This document shows positions 10,801 through 22,621 of a stretch of DNA of 60,000 bases, piece after piece. The DNA is from Malacoraja senta (taxonomy: Eukaryota), in the NCBI GenBank assembly GCA_038087875.1, contig CM075990.1:10728001-10788000 (forward strand), written 5' to 3'. Every line of letters starts with the position of its first letter. The first letter of the stretch is position 1. Below the pieces are notes generated by a model. That model was not told the DNA's origin and ran no database searches. It saw only the letters and a list, made by a program, of their open reading frames with translations. Made by a program: the position numbers and the translations under genes.

Positions 10801-12454
10801 CAAAGATAAGCTGTGCAGGCTTTCTGCATGATTGAGCCATAGTGAAGCAAGGGGAAAAAAACTGATAAACAGAAATAAAACCCGGTAAACGGACGCAGTG
10901 GATTACTCCAAGTTATCTGACACCATGTAAATAAGTAATTTCCACAATCTGAAGTTCAAGATCATCTTTAATCAGTACCCATATTATAACGGTGCAGCAG
11001 GTTGTTAGTTCATCGTGACCGCTTCCAAGACTGACTAGTGTAGGAAGTGGGTGTTAGTATAAATCATACAGTAAGGTGGGGTTAGTGATGCTATTCTACT
11101 ATGATTGGTTCACATGCATAAACCAATCTACAGAGAAGATCAGTTGCTAGCTGGTACATTGGCATATCATAATCAGTAGCATCATCATACTCCTCCGATT
11201 GTAACCAATCTGTACACCTTGTTTTTCCTCAACTTTTCAATTTTGGCATTGTAAACTACAAGTTTTTGCTCTTCAAACCACGCATTACATGCCTTTCTGC
11301 CCACTACTTTCCCATTAAGAATGTCCTGTAGATCATCACATTTGGAGTAGTCCAAATTCAGATAATCTCTGCGAATGCTGTTGAAATCAGTCTCTTTTGC
11401 TGGGCATTTGGATTGACAATTTTGCATTTCTTCTTCGGAGACATCTGTTTAAAATGTAAAGGAAAAATAACACTGAACAGCATTAACAGAAACAAGTTAT
11501 TATTTGCAGTTTTAGAAAAAAGGTAGAAATGATCAAGTTAAACGCTAAAACAAATAATAAAATACCCAACAAAAAATTCATATTCATCAGTTTCAAATCA
11601 ATAAAATTCATCTAATCAATTAAATTCATCTAAATTCAATTACAAGATCTAAACATCTACCCATTTCTTAAGAAAATTATTATTTTTTTAATAGCCTAAA
11701 TATCCAAATAATAAACTAATCCCATTCACACAAGAATTCACAATATAACATGATTTTTAAATCTCACTGTCATGACCATATGCCAGATGGAAGGAATTTG
11801 ATGTTTAATTCCCATACATTAATCTAGAAACATCCACTGAATATAATCAAAATTATTATTTTATGCACAATACATGTAGCTAAAACTGTTGTGGATATTT
11901 AGTATAAAAATATTGATTATGGATAGACAATAACACAAAATATAGACGATTTAGATGCTCTTATGACATGATTGTCCAAAAGAAAAGAGGATTTAAATCA
12001 TCTTGCGAGTGGGTGTTTCTGGAATGCGATCGATTGGAACGTTGCCGTGAATTTTAGGCAAAGACACTGCCAGTTCGTATGAGGACTAAATAACATTTTC
12101 GCGTCGTAAAATTAGATTAAAGCCACCCCAAGAAGCAAGATTATATGTGAAATAAACGACTTACCCTTTGTTTTGTCCTGATATTACGATCCGTCACATT
12201 GTAGGTGTTCGAAGTCGCTTTAATTACTTTAATCCAACTATTAAATTGTCCAGCCTTTTTTTTTAATTAAAAAAAAAACGGGAACGGAGGTCCGATCGAT
12301 TTTTTTTCATCAACTAGCAGCCCGAGGAAATCCCTCTCCGACAAGCAATACAAACCTGCATTTTAATCCCCCCCCCCTCAAAGGCGGCAAAGTCGTGCAC
12401 ACAGCCAGTGGCAGAACTGCAGCGCCGCTGAAGGTAGGTTTTGTAACATCGCTA
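7822..12454 (-). mobile_element. hAT-like (hATw-type) element, copy 2; one end deleted, interrupted by the inner Gypsy
   Basis: Reverse-complement match to 294-1618 and 3723-4140; TIR at 12439-12454; ORF 11185-11427 nearly identical to 1338-1619. Confidence 0.88.
8223..11132 (-). mobile_element. Gypsy LTR retrotransposon (inner), internally deleted and non-autonomous
   Basis: Near-identical LTRs 8223-8436 and 10926-11132 (TG..CA); PBS TGGTGTCAG; PPT GGGGAAGAA. gag is fused directly to mid-RT near 10335; RNase H (TCDASRYGLGA); integrase (TDNGRQF..SSPEYPQSNGLAERAV). Confidence 0.92.
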
Positions 12455-14781
12455 TATACGAGCATACCCCTTCTGGGTTTGCACGCGGACCGTCTGACCC
12501 TCCGATAGTGGCTGGAGTGGACGACTTGACTAGTCGTAATACACCTTCTGAATCTGTTGTTTGTATTGCAACTGAGCCTGAACTGCTTGAGGCTCGTAAA
12601 CGTGAGGTTGAAGTAGTTGCCTTGCAACGGGAAGAGTGGTGTGAATCTGTCTGAACATCAGACGTTGCACTGGCGAACCCAGCACCGGGTCGTGTGAAAC
12701 ATTGCGAAGATTAAGGAGGTCCAGGAATACATCGGACCCAGCTCTTTTGGATCTTTCCATGACTTGCTTCGCACTACGGACAGCTCTCTCGGCCAACCTG
12801 TTCGACTGCGGATACTCCAGGCTGCTGGTGATGTGTTAAAAATCCCAGCGCTTAGCAAAGTCTTTGAAACATTGATTAGCAAATTGTCCAGCATTATCCG
12901 ACATGAGGGTGAGAGGAGCCCCATGGACCAAGAAATGTCTCGCAAGTTTCTGAACTACCACCGCCGACAAAGTTGTGGGGAGCAAATCGATTTCGAACCA
13001 CCCGGAAATAGGAATCCACTAGGACTAGGTACTGATCACCGCGCCAATCGAAAATGTCAGAAGCCACTGTGGACCACGGTAAATCAGGAACCGTGTTTAG
13101 AGAAGTGGTTCCTTTTGTTGATGCGGTGTCAACCTGTTGCATACCGCGTACGATTGCGTCCTCTGGCGTAGTTCGACATAGCAGGCCAGCAAAACATACT
13201 TTTCACTCGTTGAACCGTTGCCTCTGTGCCAGGGTTTCCTCTATGTATAGCGTTGAAGTACTTCTGCTGTAGTGAAGCCGGGATCACCGCTTTGAGGCCT
13301 TTCATAATGACCCTGTTCTCGATTACCAGCTCATCTCTGATGGGAAAATATTGCTGCACGGTGAGTGGTAGCATATGCTAATTGTCTGACCATCAGCGTT
13401 GAGCGATGGACGCAAGTGTCTGTGAAGAGTTATCCTCAGCCTTGCGTGCCACTAACATGTCCAAACAGGATGAATGAATATAGTCGACCATCATCACATC
13501 AAAAATATCCTTCTCGTCTGCATGTCTGCCATCAGTTTTCCTGGGCGCACTGGACAGGGTGTCAGCCAGGTGCATGTCCTTGTCGCGCTTATAAATCAGG
13601 GTAATGTCGTACTTTTGGAGACGTAGCATCATTCTTTGCAGCCTCGCTGGGGCAGCATGTATCGGCTTATTCAAAATAGTAACTCAACGGTGATGGCCTA
13701 GCCGAAAATATAGTCATTGAATTTTTCGCACAAGAAAACTACTGCCAACAACTTTTTCTCGATTTGTGTGTATCGTATCTCTGTGTCTGTCATAGTCCTT
13801 GAGGCATAAGCAATAGGCTGGTTTTCTCCCTGCAGGCACGCTGCGCCGAGACCGTACTGGGATGCGTCGCAGGTCAACATAACTGGTTGATTGATGTCGA
13901 AATATGCAAGAGTGGGAGGGCATGACATCTGCTGTCTGAGAGTGTCGAAAGCTCGCTGCTGCTGCTCATACCACTTCCTTGTGAGTAAGTTGTCACAGTG
14001 GAGCCAAGAGTTCGCTAAAGTTCGGAATGAACTTGCCAAGATAGTTTACCATGCCCAGAAACCTCTGCAGGCTGGTGACATCAGTCGGCACTGCCATCTC
14101 GCTGATGGCTGCCGGCTTCGCAGGATCAGCTTTGAGGCCGTCGCTGGTGAAAACATGTCCCGCATAGTTCACCTTGTTGACACAAAACTTGCACTTATGG
14201 GGGTTGAGTTTCAAATGTACCTTCCTGGCACGATTGAGCACCTTTCTCAAATTGTCATCGTGCTCCTGCTTGTCCTTACCCACCACTATAATGTCATCAA
14301 CAACAATCGAACATAGGTATCCGTCAAAGATCTGCCCATAGTGCGTTGAAACACTTCGCTGGCCGAATTAATACCAATCGGCATCTGCAGAAATCTGTAG
14401 CATCCGAAAGATGTGCTGAAAGTAGTGAGCAGAGATGATTTGTCGTCCAGGGGGATTTGCCAGAACGAGCTCTTGGCATCTAGAACCGAGAACACTGTTG
14501 CCTTGCCCATGTGTGCGGCCACCTCCTCCACGGTGCGTATGGGGTGATGTCTCTTGAGTGCATGCAGTGTTTAAGTCCCTCGGGTTAATACAGATAGGTA
14601 TCTCTTGCTTGTTCTTCTTGGTAGCGGCTAACATCGAGGACACCCAGCCAGTGGGCTCCGTAACAGGAGTAATAACCCCCAGAGCTTCCATCCTTTCGAG
14701 CTCTGCCTTAACTCGGTCTTGCATCCTGGTCTGTAATCATCGAGTACGTGACAGGCAGCTTGCCAAGTTCGTCGTTAAAAA

Positions 14782-15570
14782 GATTAAGAGTCAAGAGTGT
14801 TTTATTGTCATATATCCCAGATAGAACAATGAAATTCTTACTTGCTGCAGCACAACAGAATATGTAATCATAATAAATAATATAACAAAAACTCAGAAAA
14901 AAAGAACAAACAATTACAGTGCAATAATAATAATAATAGTCTATTGTAGTTCATAGCTTTGTAGTGTTTAATAGCCTTATGGCTGTAGGGAAGCAGCTGT
15001 ACCTGAACCTGGATGTTACAGTTCTCAGGCTCCTGTACCTTCTTCCCGATGGCAGTGGTGAGATGAGTGTGGCCAGGATGGTGTGGGTCTTTGATGATGT
15101 TGGCTGCCTTTTTGAGGCAGCGATTACGATAGATCCCTTCGATAGTGGGGAACTCAGAGCCGATGATGGCCTGGACAATGTTTACAACTTTTTGCAGTTT
15201 TTTCCGCTCCTGGACGTTCAAGTTGCCAAACCAGGCCACGATGCAACCAGTCAGTATGCTCTCTACTGTGCACCTGTAGACGTTCAAGAGAATCCTCTTT
15301 GACATACCGAATCTCCGTAATCTTCTCAGGATGTAGAGGCGCTGATGTGCTTCCTTTATGATTGCATCAGTGTGCTGGGTCCAGGATAGATCGTCAGAAA
15401 TATGCACGCCCAGGAATTTGACGTTTTTGACTCTGCACCATCGTTCCATTAATGTAAACAGGATTGTGGGAACTCAACCTTCCTCTTCCAAAGTCCACAA
15501 TCAGTTCTTTGGTTTTGCTGATATTGAGACCTAGGTTGTTGTGCTGGCACCATATGGTCAGTCATTGTTA
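14782..15570 (-). mobile_element. Rex1/Babar LINE 3' fragment inserted in the outer Gypsy pol
   Basis: KFLGVHISDDLSW..HQRLY.LRRLRRFG...YRCTVESILTGCIVAW; tail GACAATAAAACACTCTTGACTCTT on minus. Confidence 0.88.
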
Positions 15571-16956
15571 TCCGCAAGGATACGCTGTGTAGAATCGGGG
15601 ACCGGCACAAGCTGATGCACAGCCTTGCCAAATGAAACCAGTCCCATGTCCATGCAGGTATCTATGCCAAGGAGAGGCAGGACTGTGCCTTTAACTGTGA
15701 AAATTTGTAATTTATACTATCTTGCCGCTAGGTGGTTCTGCAGGTCCACCACTCCAATAGGAAGTACTTTACTAACCCCATACGCTAGAAGCGTTGCGTT
15801 ACTTGTTTTCATTCTCTGCATTCCGAAGTCTAGAAAATTCAACTTGAGACATTACATTGCACCTCGTACCTGTGTCTATCTTTGCAACAACAGCCACATT
15901 GTTTATCTTTAACGTGACCATGGGATCTGTGTTTATCAAGTTGTTCACGGTCAGAATCTGTTTTGAGACAAAATACATTCTCAGGAATGTTTACAGTAGT
16001 ACCATCAGATAAATCATGTGCAAGCTCAGAATGTAGCAAATGTACAGCCTGTTTTGTCTCGTTCATTCTGGAACGCGATCTGCAGCATCTCCAGAAATGG
16101 TTTCTACGTTTGCAACCATGACAAATCTGTCCGAAATCCGGGCATTTCTCCCGGTTGGCAATATGAGAGTTTCCACAATTACTACAATCGTTAATAAATC
16201 TTATGCCAGACCTACCAGGTTGGGCTTGTTTCGCTTCATTCGGTTGACGTTCACTTCTGAAATAAGGTCCTGCCGTGTCAATGCTGAAAGCAGACTGCGG
16301 CGTGGTGCACAAAGTCTTTGTGTGAGCATCCGTCATTTCATGAATCCAACGGGTTCTAATTGCTTTAGCCAAAGTCAGATCGTAATCACGTAAAAGATCC
16401 CTTTTCAATTTATCATCAATGATGCCACACACAAGTCTGTCTAATAAGTTTGTCGTAGAGATCGCCAAATCTGCAGCTCTTTGCTACACGCTTTATATAA
16501 AGTTTATATAAGCTTCAATTGGCTCATCCGGTTTCTGGTTGCATGCAAATAATTTGTGCCGTTCCATGATGAGGTTAGTCTGTGGATCGCACAACACTTG
16601 AAATTTATTCTTGAGACATACCGGGTCATGAATTGTCTCAGCAGGTGTGACGACTGCATCATTTGCATCCAGTACAGCCTCCACATAGACTAACAACTTC
16701 GCAAGTCGAATTGCTTCCAATCCTGCCAGATTGAGGAGAATGGATGCTTGTATGCAGGGAGACTTGTCGTGGTGTGCAGCATCCGTGTAGACATCATACT
16801 CCTCCTTGAAGATATGCCATCGTTCTCCGATATCGCCGTCGAAGACAAGTGGGTCAGGCTTTCGAAGATATTCAGCCATGGCTAAGACAGTCAAAAGTAG
16901 TAAAAAAATAGCCACTGATGTTGATCTGAAGAGTTAATCCTGTACTTCTGACACCA

Positions 16957-17188
16957 TGTATGATGATGTATAAACACTGAGTTGTTTAGCTTCGTATACA
17001 AGTTCTTTATTAGCATAACCATATAGAGCGAATACACATAACTGTTGTAGGTTCAAGCCCCAAGATGAATCTGAAGAATAGCCGAACCGGCATACTAGAT
17101 GACGTAGTAGAAACCCAAACTGGATTACGGATCTGGTGTACAACAGTAAAAACCAGACATGGATCAAATCTGCTAATAGTGATTGATC
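16957..17188 (-). repeat. 5' LTR of the outer Gypsy (44-bp internal deletion, terminal bases lost)
   Basis: Matches 7059-7337; adjacent PBS. Confidence 0.85.
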
Positions 17189-17713
17189 AAGTCCGGTTTC
17201 CTGTCGTATCCTCTTAGATCATAAAAATCTTTTGATCTCAGTTTTGAATGTACTCGGTGAGTGTGCGCAGAGCTTTTGAAATGGATAATTGAAAAGACTT
17301 GCAACAACGTATGCAAAGGAATTTTTCATCGGCCGCAAGTGGCTGATTTCCTTAACTTGAAATTGCTCCTCAACTTTGGACTCTCCATTGTGAACTTCTT
17401 GTCATCAATTACATAAATCCTTCTTCATGTATGCCTCAATTAGATCACATCTGATCTTCTAAAATCCAGTCAGCATACGGCAAGCGTCCTCAGTTGCCTT
17501 TTGTAGGACAAATCCAATTTTTCATGAACGGACTTGTAAAATTACATTGCACTAACTTAATCCTCTGATACAAAAACCAATATGACGTGCAAATGTACTC
17601 TTACAGAAGAATTATATAGTCTCAGCACTGCATTTATACTTTGCAGTAAAGGCAAATGTTTCATTTGCTGCCTTATTTGCTTTGCCATACCAACATTTTT
17701 TGTATTACCTTAA

Positions 17714-17918
17714 AGGGCCTGTCCCACTTTCACGACCTTTCTTACTCATGGACATTTTTCATCATGCTAGAAAAAAACGCCCTGACCTACTTGATGCCAC
17801 GAGTACCTACGGCTAGCATCACGACCTCCTACGACCTATCTACGACCTCGTGACGACCATGCTGTGAGTATGAGTCAAGGGCAAACTCGGCAGAGGTCAT
17901 GAAAGTGGGACAGGCCCT
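17714..17918. mobile_element. PIF/Harbinger-type MITE
   Basis: TIRs AGGGCCTGTCCCACTTTCAYGACC at both ends; TAA TSD at 17711-17713 and 17919-17921; internal ACGACC repeats. Confidence 0.85.
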
Positions 17919-18709
17919 TAATCAGAACACTTAAATCTCTCAATTCATGAACATATACTGGTTTCAAACCACAATTTAGAAAGAAACATTTCTTCCTGTA
18001 AAAGTATTTAGCCTCACACTCACACGCATAATACTCCATCTCCAGCGTCCAGTCCATTTGCTTAAAACACTGGTGCCTTTTTAAGACTCTGTTTCCTTCT
18101 TACAATTCACTTTCTCGCTGTGCTTTGACAGAAGCAAGCATGAATACCTTACACTCTCTTCCCATCTAGGGCATTGAGATAAATTGTGAATGTAGCTCTG
18201 CAACAAGGAACAATCTGCTGACTGGGAATATGCCTATTAATTCCTGTGTTCGTACTATTGGCCATTGATGGAAGTGGGGGGATGAAATTTGGGTATCTGG
18301 AACGGATCACAAAATTAAAACGCAGGAACAATAAACAATTTGGGAGAAATTGTTTGTTTTATATTGCAAAAGAGATTGGTGTAAGAATACAAGTTTTATG
18401 AGCAACATCTGTTAATAATCTGAATAATAATCTTGTTCCTCAAAATCTCTCCAGTATTGTAAAAAGACACATATTCTTTTTGCAATATTGAAAAACGCAT
18501 TGCTCCTGAAAATTTTGTAGACCACATTTTTCTTTCAGCTTTTAAGCAAACATAATATTTTTAACACCTGATCAACCAGTTTAACAATGTGGTTTTGAGT
18601 CAAAATAATGCACCACTTTTCTATTGTAAATGAGTATTTCAGCTAGTATCTGGATTTAAATAAACAATCATGATCTTCAACTTTTCTTGCAGCACTATAA
18701 CCACACCAT

Positions 18710-18732
18710 TGCAGCTGCCCACAAGATGGCGC
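18710..18732 (+). promoter_or_regulatory. Candidate CTCF site in macroH2A2 intron 1
   Basis: TGCAGCTGCCCACAAGATGGCGC resembles the CCASYAGRKGGCRS core with an upstream TGCAG; it also contains a YY1-like AAGATGGCG. Motif match only. Confidence 0.4.
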
Positions 18733-19594
18733 AAGCTGAAAGGCCCAAGTGGGTTTTGGAAGGCAAAATTGAGGCCTTGATTTTGGATTGCCCAAAGCCT
18801 CCTGAACAAAGAGATTAGTAATGGTGAAAATAAGCTGAAAATTAAAACGATTAATAATTAATTTCTATTAAAATATATTTAGATATAAATTGATTGAAGA
18901 CTTTACCGAACAAAAAAACAATTTTAAACACCTTCATTTTTTGAAGGTTGGCAACCCCTTTTGAATGAATGGGAATAACATATGTATCCAGCCCCTTGGC
19001 TCATTAAAATTAGCAACTGCTCCAAGACTGGTGAATTCATAACTGAGCCTCTGACCACCAGAGGGTATTTTACTTTCCAAGCTTCAGCATGTAGGTGCAA
19101 AAATCCAGAACTTCCTGATGCCTGTATTTCAGCTAACTAGTATTTTTGTTTGGAACAGCCTGCGAGCCAGTGGTGCATTGCTTATATGCAAGAAATTGTT
19201 TGGAAAATGCAGTTTATTTTTGATTTGTTAGTTTTGACTTCTTGAATAATTATATAGTTTAAGTTTTATGTTCCAAATTGGGGGGAAGGCTGAGATGCAT
19301 CCTGTCAGAATACCTTCTTTAGTGTATCTGTAGAGGTTTGAGAGAAGTGATAAATTTGCCCCTTCAATTTTTGACATGCTTTATCAATTTGAACTCTGAA
19401 CTTTTCATATATAAGTTGTCTGACAAGTGCTAAAGAGGTGCAGATACATTGAACATTGTACTGTTGATATTTTGTAGTTGTAAACTGTAAATTGCAGCCA
19501 GTGTTGGTTTATTTTTAGGGTTTCGTGAGGCCCTTGCTAGAATTTTACCAGTTCTTTGACTTGCATGATTATAATTAAATTATCAAATACATCA

Positions 19595-19770
19595 GTGCTC
19601 GAGATTCAGGATCAATCCTGACCTTGGGTGATGTCTGTGTAGTTTGCACGTTTTCCCTTTGATTGTGTGGGTTTCCTCCATGCGCTGTGGTGTCCTCTCA
19701 CATCACAAAGATATGCGGGTTTGTTGGTGCGGACTTGGTGGGCCGAAGGGCCTGTTTCCATGCTACATCA
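19595..19770 (+). mobile_element. HE1-like V-SINE fragment
   Basis: V-core-like GTTTGCACGTTTTCCC..GGGTTTCCTCC and CR1-type tail GGGCCGAAGGGCCTGTTTCCATGCT. Confidence 0.7.
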
Positions 19771-21607
19771 ATCAAAAATACTTGGGGGAGGAGGGTGGTG
19801 GTAGAGAATAGTAATAGTTAAAATTGATTTACTTTTTGGTCAAATAAGGAAAAATCAAAGAGATATGAGCAATAAATGTAAATATTAATGTTAAATAAAT
19901 AGTCTGGTTCAAATAAATGACTAACAGCAGCTGTTTACATTTTTTTTAATTGACATAATTTTTATTGAGTGACATTTGAAAACCAGTGAAGTTATGTTAA
20001 CTCATGTAAAACTAGTGACAAAATAAGTTATAATGCAGGATATACAATTCATTGTACTAGCCTATCCATCCACGCACAATTCGCCTCAGTGTGGTTGCAC
20101 TCTCATTCAGACTGAATCAGTGCAATTCGTTGCCACAGACGGCTATGGGGGCCATAGATAGACACAAAATGCTGGAGTAACTCAGGCAGCATCTCTGGTG
20201 AGAAGGAATGGGTGACGTTTCGAGTCGAGACCCTTCCAGGGCTCGAAATTAGCAGTTGCCCGGGTGCCAATGGCAACCTACAGTCCCACCGGGCAACCTA
20301 AAAGTCATGCCATTTTGCCCGGCTTGGCAAGCACCCGGGACACCTATCGTTTAATTCTTAACGGGCCCCCTCTCTATCTCTCTCTCTCTCTCTCTCTGTC
20401 ACTCTCCGTCTCCGCCCGCCATCCGTCTCGGGTCTCCGCGCGCTCCGCATCCGCCGGCAAGACAGGTCGCCTTATACATGCGCACTGCCACGGCCTGCAC
20501 ATCCTCCCTGCGCACTGCCACGGCAACAGGTCGGCCACTTTCTCCCTCCTTTTGCATTGTGGGAGATCTGGTCGCCATTGCTGTCCGGTCGCCGCCTCAC
20601 CGCGACCGCTGAAAACCAACGCAGAATCACTCCCTGGAGCTGGAGTAACTCCCTGGAGTAACTCTTGCTTCTTGGTTTCCTGGTCCTCCAAAAATATTCG
20701 AAATGGAATTTAAACTGGAGTGGACCCACCACCATCAAACTCCAAACTCTGAAAAATAACAGCTTATTGCATTTTATCTGTTTAATTATTGTGTGTATAT
20801 ATATGGTCTATGGTATACAGACACACTGAACTTTTATCTCCTGTTCTGTATTATGTTTACATATTCTGTTGTGCTGCAGCAAGCAAGAATTTCATTGTCT
20901 TATCTGGGACACTTGACAATAAAATTCTTGACTCTGAAGCAAAAAAGGGTTCTTGGGTGAAAAAGAGCTACCTTAAATTTAGTTGCGTCTGGTTGGGTAC
21001 CTATGGTAGGGTGAAGACTATTCCATGCTTTAATTGTGCGGGAGAACTCCATGGAGCAGCCAGCATCTCTGGATAGAAGAAATTGCGTGACTTTCGGGTA
21101 GAGACCCTTCTTTAGATTTCCTCTGGTTTTAGTGTTTTTAGTTTAATTTAAAGATACAGCGTGGAAACAGGCCCTTCAGCCCACCGAGTCCACGCCGACC
21201 ACCAATTACCCGTACACTAGTTCTATCCCACACATTAGCAACGTAAGTTAAGAGTCAAGAGTGTTTTATTCTCTCACGTCCCAGTTAGAACAATGAAATC
21301 CTTACTTGCAGCAGCACAACATAATATGTAAACATGGTACTCTGTAAACAATGTTATAAACGAGAAAACAAAACTCCATACAGACAGCAACCATATTCAG
21401 GATCAATTCTGGGTTTCTGGCAATTTTAGGCAGCAACTTTATGGCCAATGTACTGCCCCATAGTCTTGAACTGAATTAAAACATACAGTAATTGTAAAGG
21501 GGGACATAGCGTCACTTAGAGATTTAAGACTGAAAATGGATAGTTTCTTTTTTTTAGTAACCAAAGTTATCAACGTATAATTTTTTGTGTGTTGGAAAAT
21601 AAAATAT

Positions 21608-21823
21608 AGTGGCACAGCTGGTGGACTTGCTGCCTCACACGCCAGAGATCTGTGTTTGATCCTGTTCTCAGGCACTGTCTGTGTTGAATTTGCACATTCA
21701 CCCTGGTTTCCTCCCACATCCCAAAGACGCATTAGCTTTGTAGGTTAACTTGTCTCTGTAAAATTACCCCTAATGTGTAGGGAGTGGGTGAGGAAAGTGG
21801 GATAACAGAACTTGTGTGAATGG
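21608..21823 (+). mobile_element. HE1-like tRNA-derived V-SINE
   Basis: Head TGGCACAGCTGG..TGCTGCCTCACACGCCAGAGA with the V-core CCTCCCACATCCCAAAGAC. Confidence 0.75.
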
Positions 21824-21873
21824 GTAGACAAAAATGCGGGTGAGGCAGCATCTATGGAGCAAAGGAAATAGGC

Positions 21874-21901
21874 GACGTTTCGGGTCGAGACCCTTCTTCA
21901 G
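21874..21901 (-). ncRNA. Minimal hammerhead-ribozyme-like core in the Penelope pLTR
   Basis: Minus strand reads CTGAAGA-A-GGGTC-TC-GACCC-GAAACGTC. Confidence 0.6.
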
Positions 21902-22593
21902 ACTGATGTGAGGGTGGGGGGGGGGGGGGAGAAGAAAGGAAGAGGCGGAGACAGTGGGCTGAGGGAGACCTGGGAAGCGGAGGAGAAAGCAGGGACTACC
22001 TGAAATTGGAGGTCAATGTTCATGCCGCTGGGGTGTAAACTGCCCAAGCAAAATATGAGGTGCTGCTCCTCCAATTTACGGTGGGCTTCACTCTGGCCAT
22101 GGAGGAGGCCCAGGACAGAAAGGTTGGATTCAGAATGGGAGGGGGAGTTGAAGTGTTGAGCCACTGGGTGATCAGGTTGGTTATTGCGAACCGAGCGGAG
22201 GTGTTGGGCGAAGCAATCGCCAAGCCTACGCTTGGTCTCACCGATGTAGGACAGCTGACACCTAGAGCAGCGGATGCAATAGATGAAGTTGGAGGAGGTG
22301 CAGGTGAACGTCTGCCGCACCTGGAAAGACTGCTTGGGTCCTTGAATGGAGTCAAGGGGGGAGGTAAAGCGACAAGTGTAGCATTTCCTGCAGTTGAAAG
22401 GGAAAGTGCCAGGAGAGGGGGTGGTTTGGGTGGGAAGGGACGAATTGACCAGGGACATACGGAGGGTGCGGTCTCTGCAGTAAGCCAACAGGGAAGGAGA
22501 TAGGACGATGTGGCCAGTGGTGGGATCCCGTTGGTAGACAAAGCTGGAGAAAATCAGCGGGTGAGGCAGCATCTATGGAGCGAAGGAATAGGC

Positions 22594-22621
22594 GACGTTT
22601 CGAGTCGAGACCCTTCTTCAG
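22594..22621 (-). ncRNA. Minimal hammerhead-ribozyme-like core, second pLTR
   Basis: Minus strand reads CTGAAGA-A-GGGTC-TC-GACTC-GAAACGTC. Confidence 0.55.

Larger units (their letters stand above)
7059..17188 (-). mobile_element. Gypsy LTR retrotransposon (outer), degenerate, with nested insertions
   Basis: LTRs 7059-7337 and 16957-17188. PBS TGGTGTCAGAAGT (16944-16956, minus); PPT next to 7338. gag 16882-15839 with a zinc knuckle; RT (VLDAKSSFWQIPL, LQRFLGMVNYL); RNase H (TCDASQYGLGA); integrase; tail TRAGRICKPNPKY (7522-7818). Many frameshifts. Confidence 0.92.

Noticed and set aside
8215..11140. TSDs for the inner (and outer) Gypsy elements
   Set aside because: The flanks do not show a matching 4-5 bp duplication, so none is claimed.
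20264..20738. 149-aa and overlapping ORFs
   Set aside because: They lie within the hAT subterminal region and a (CT)n microsatellite; low complexity.
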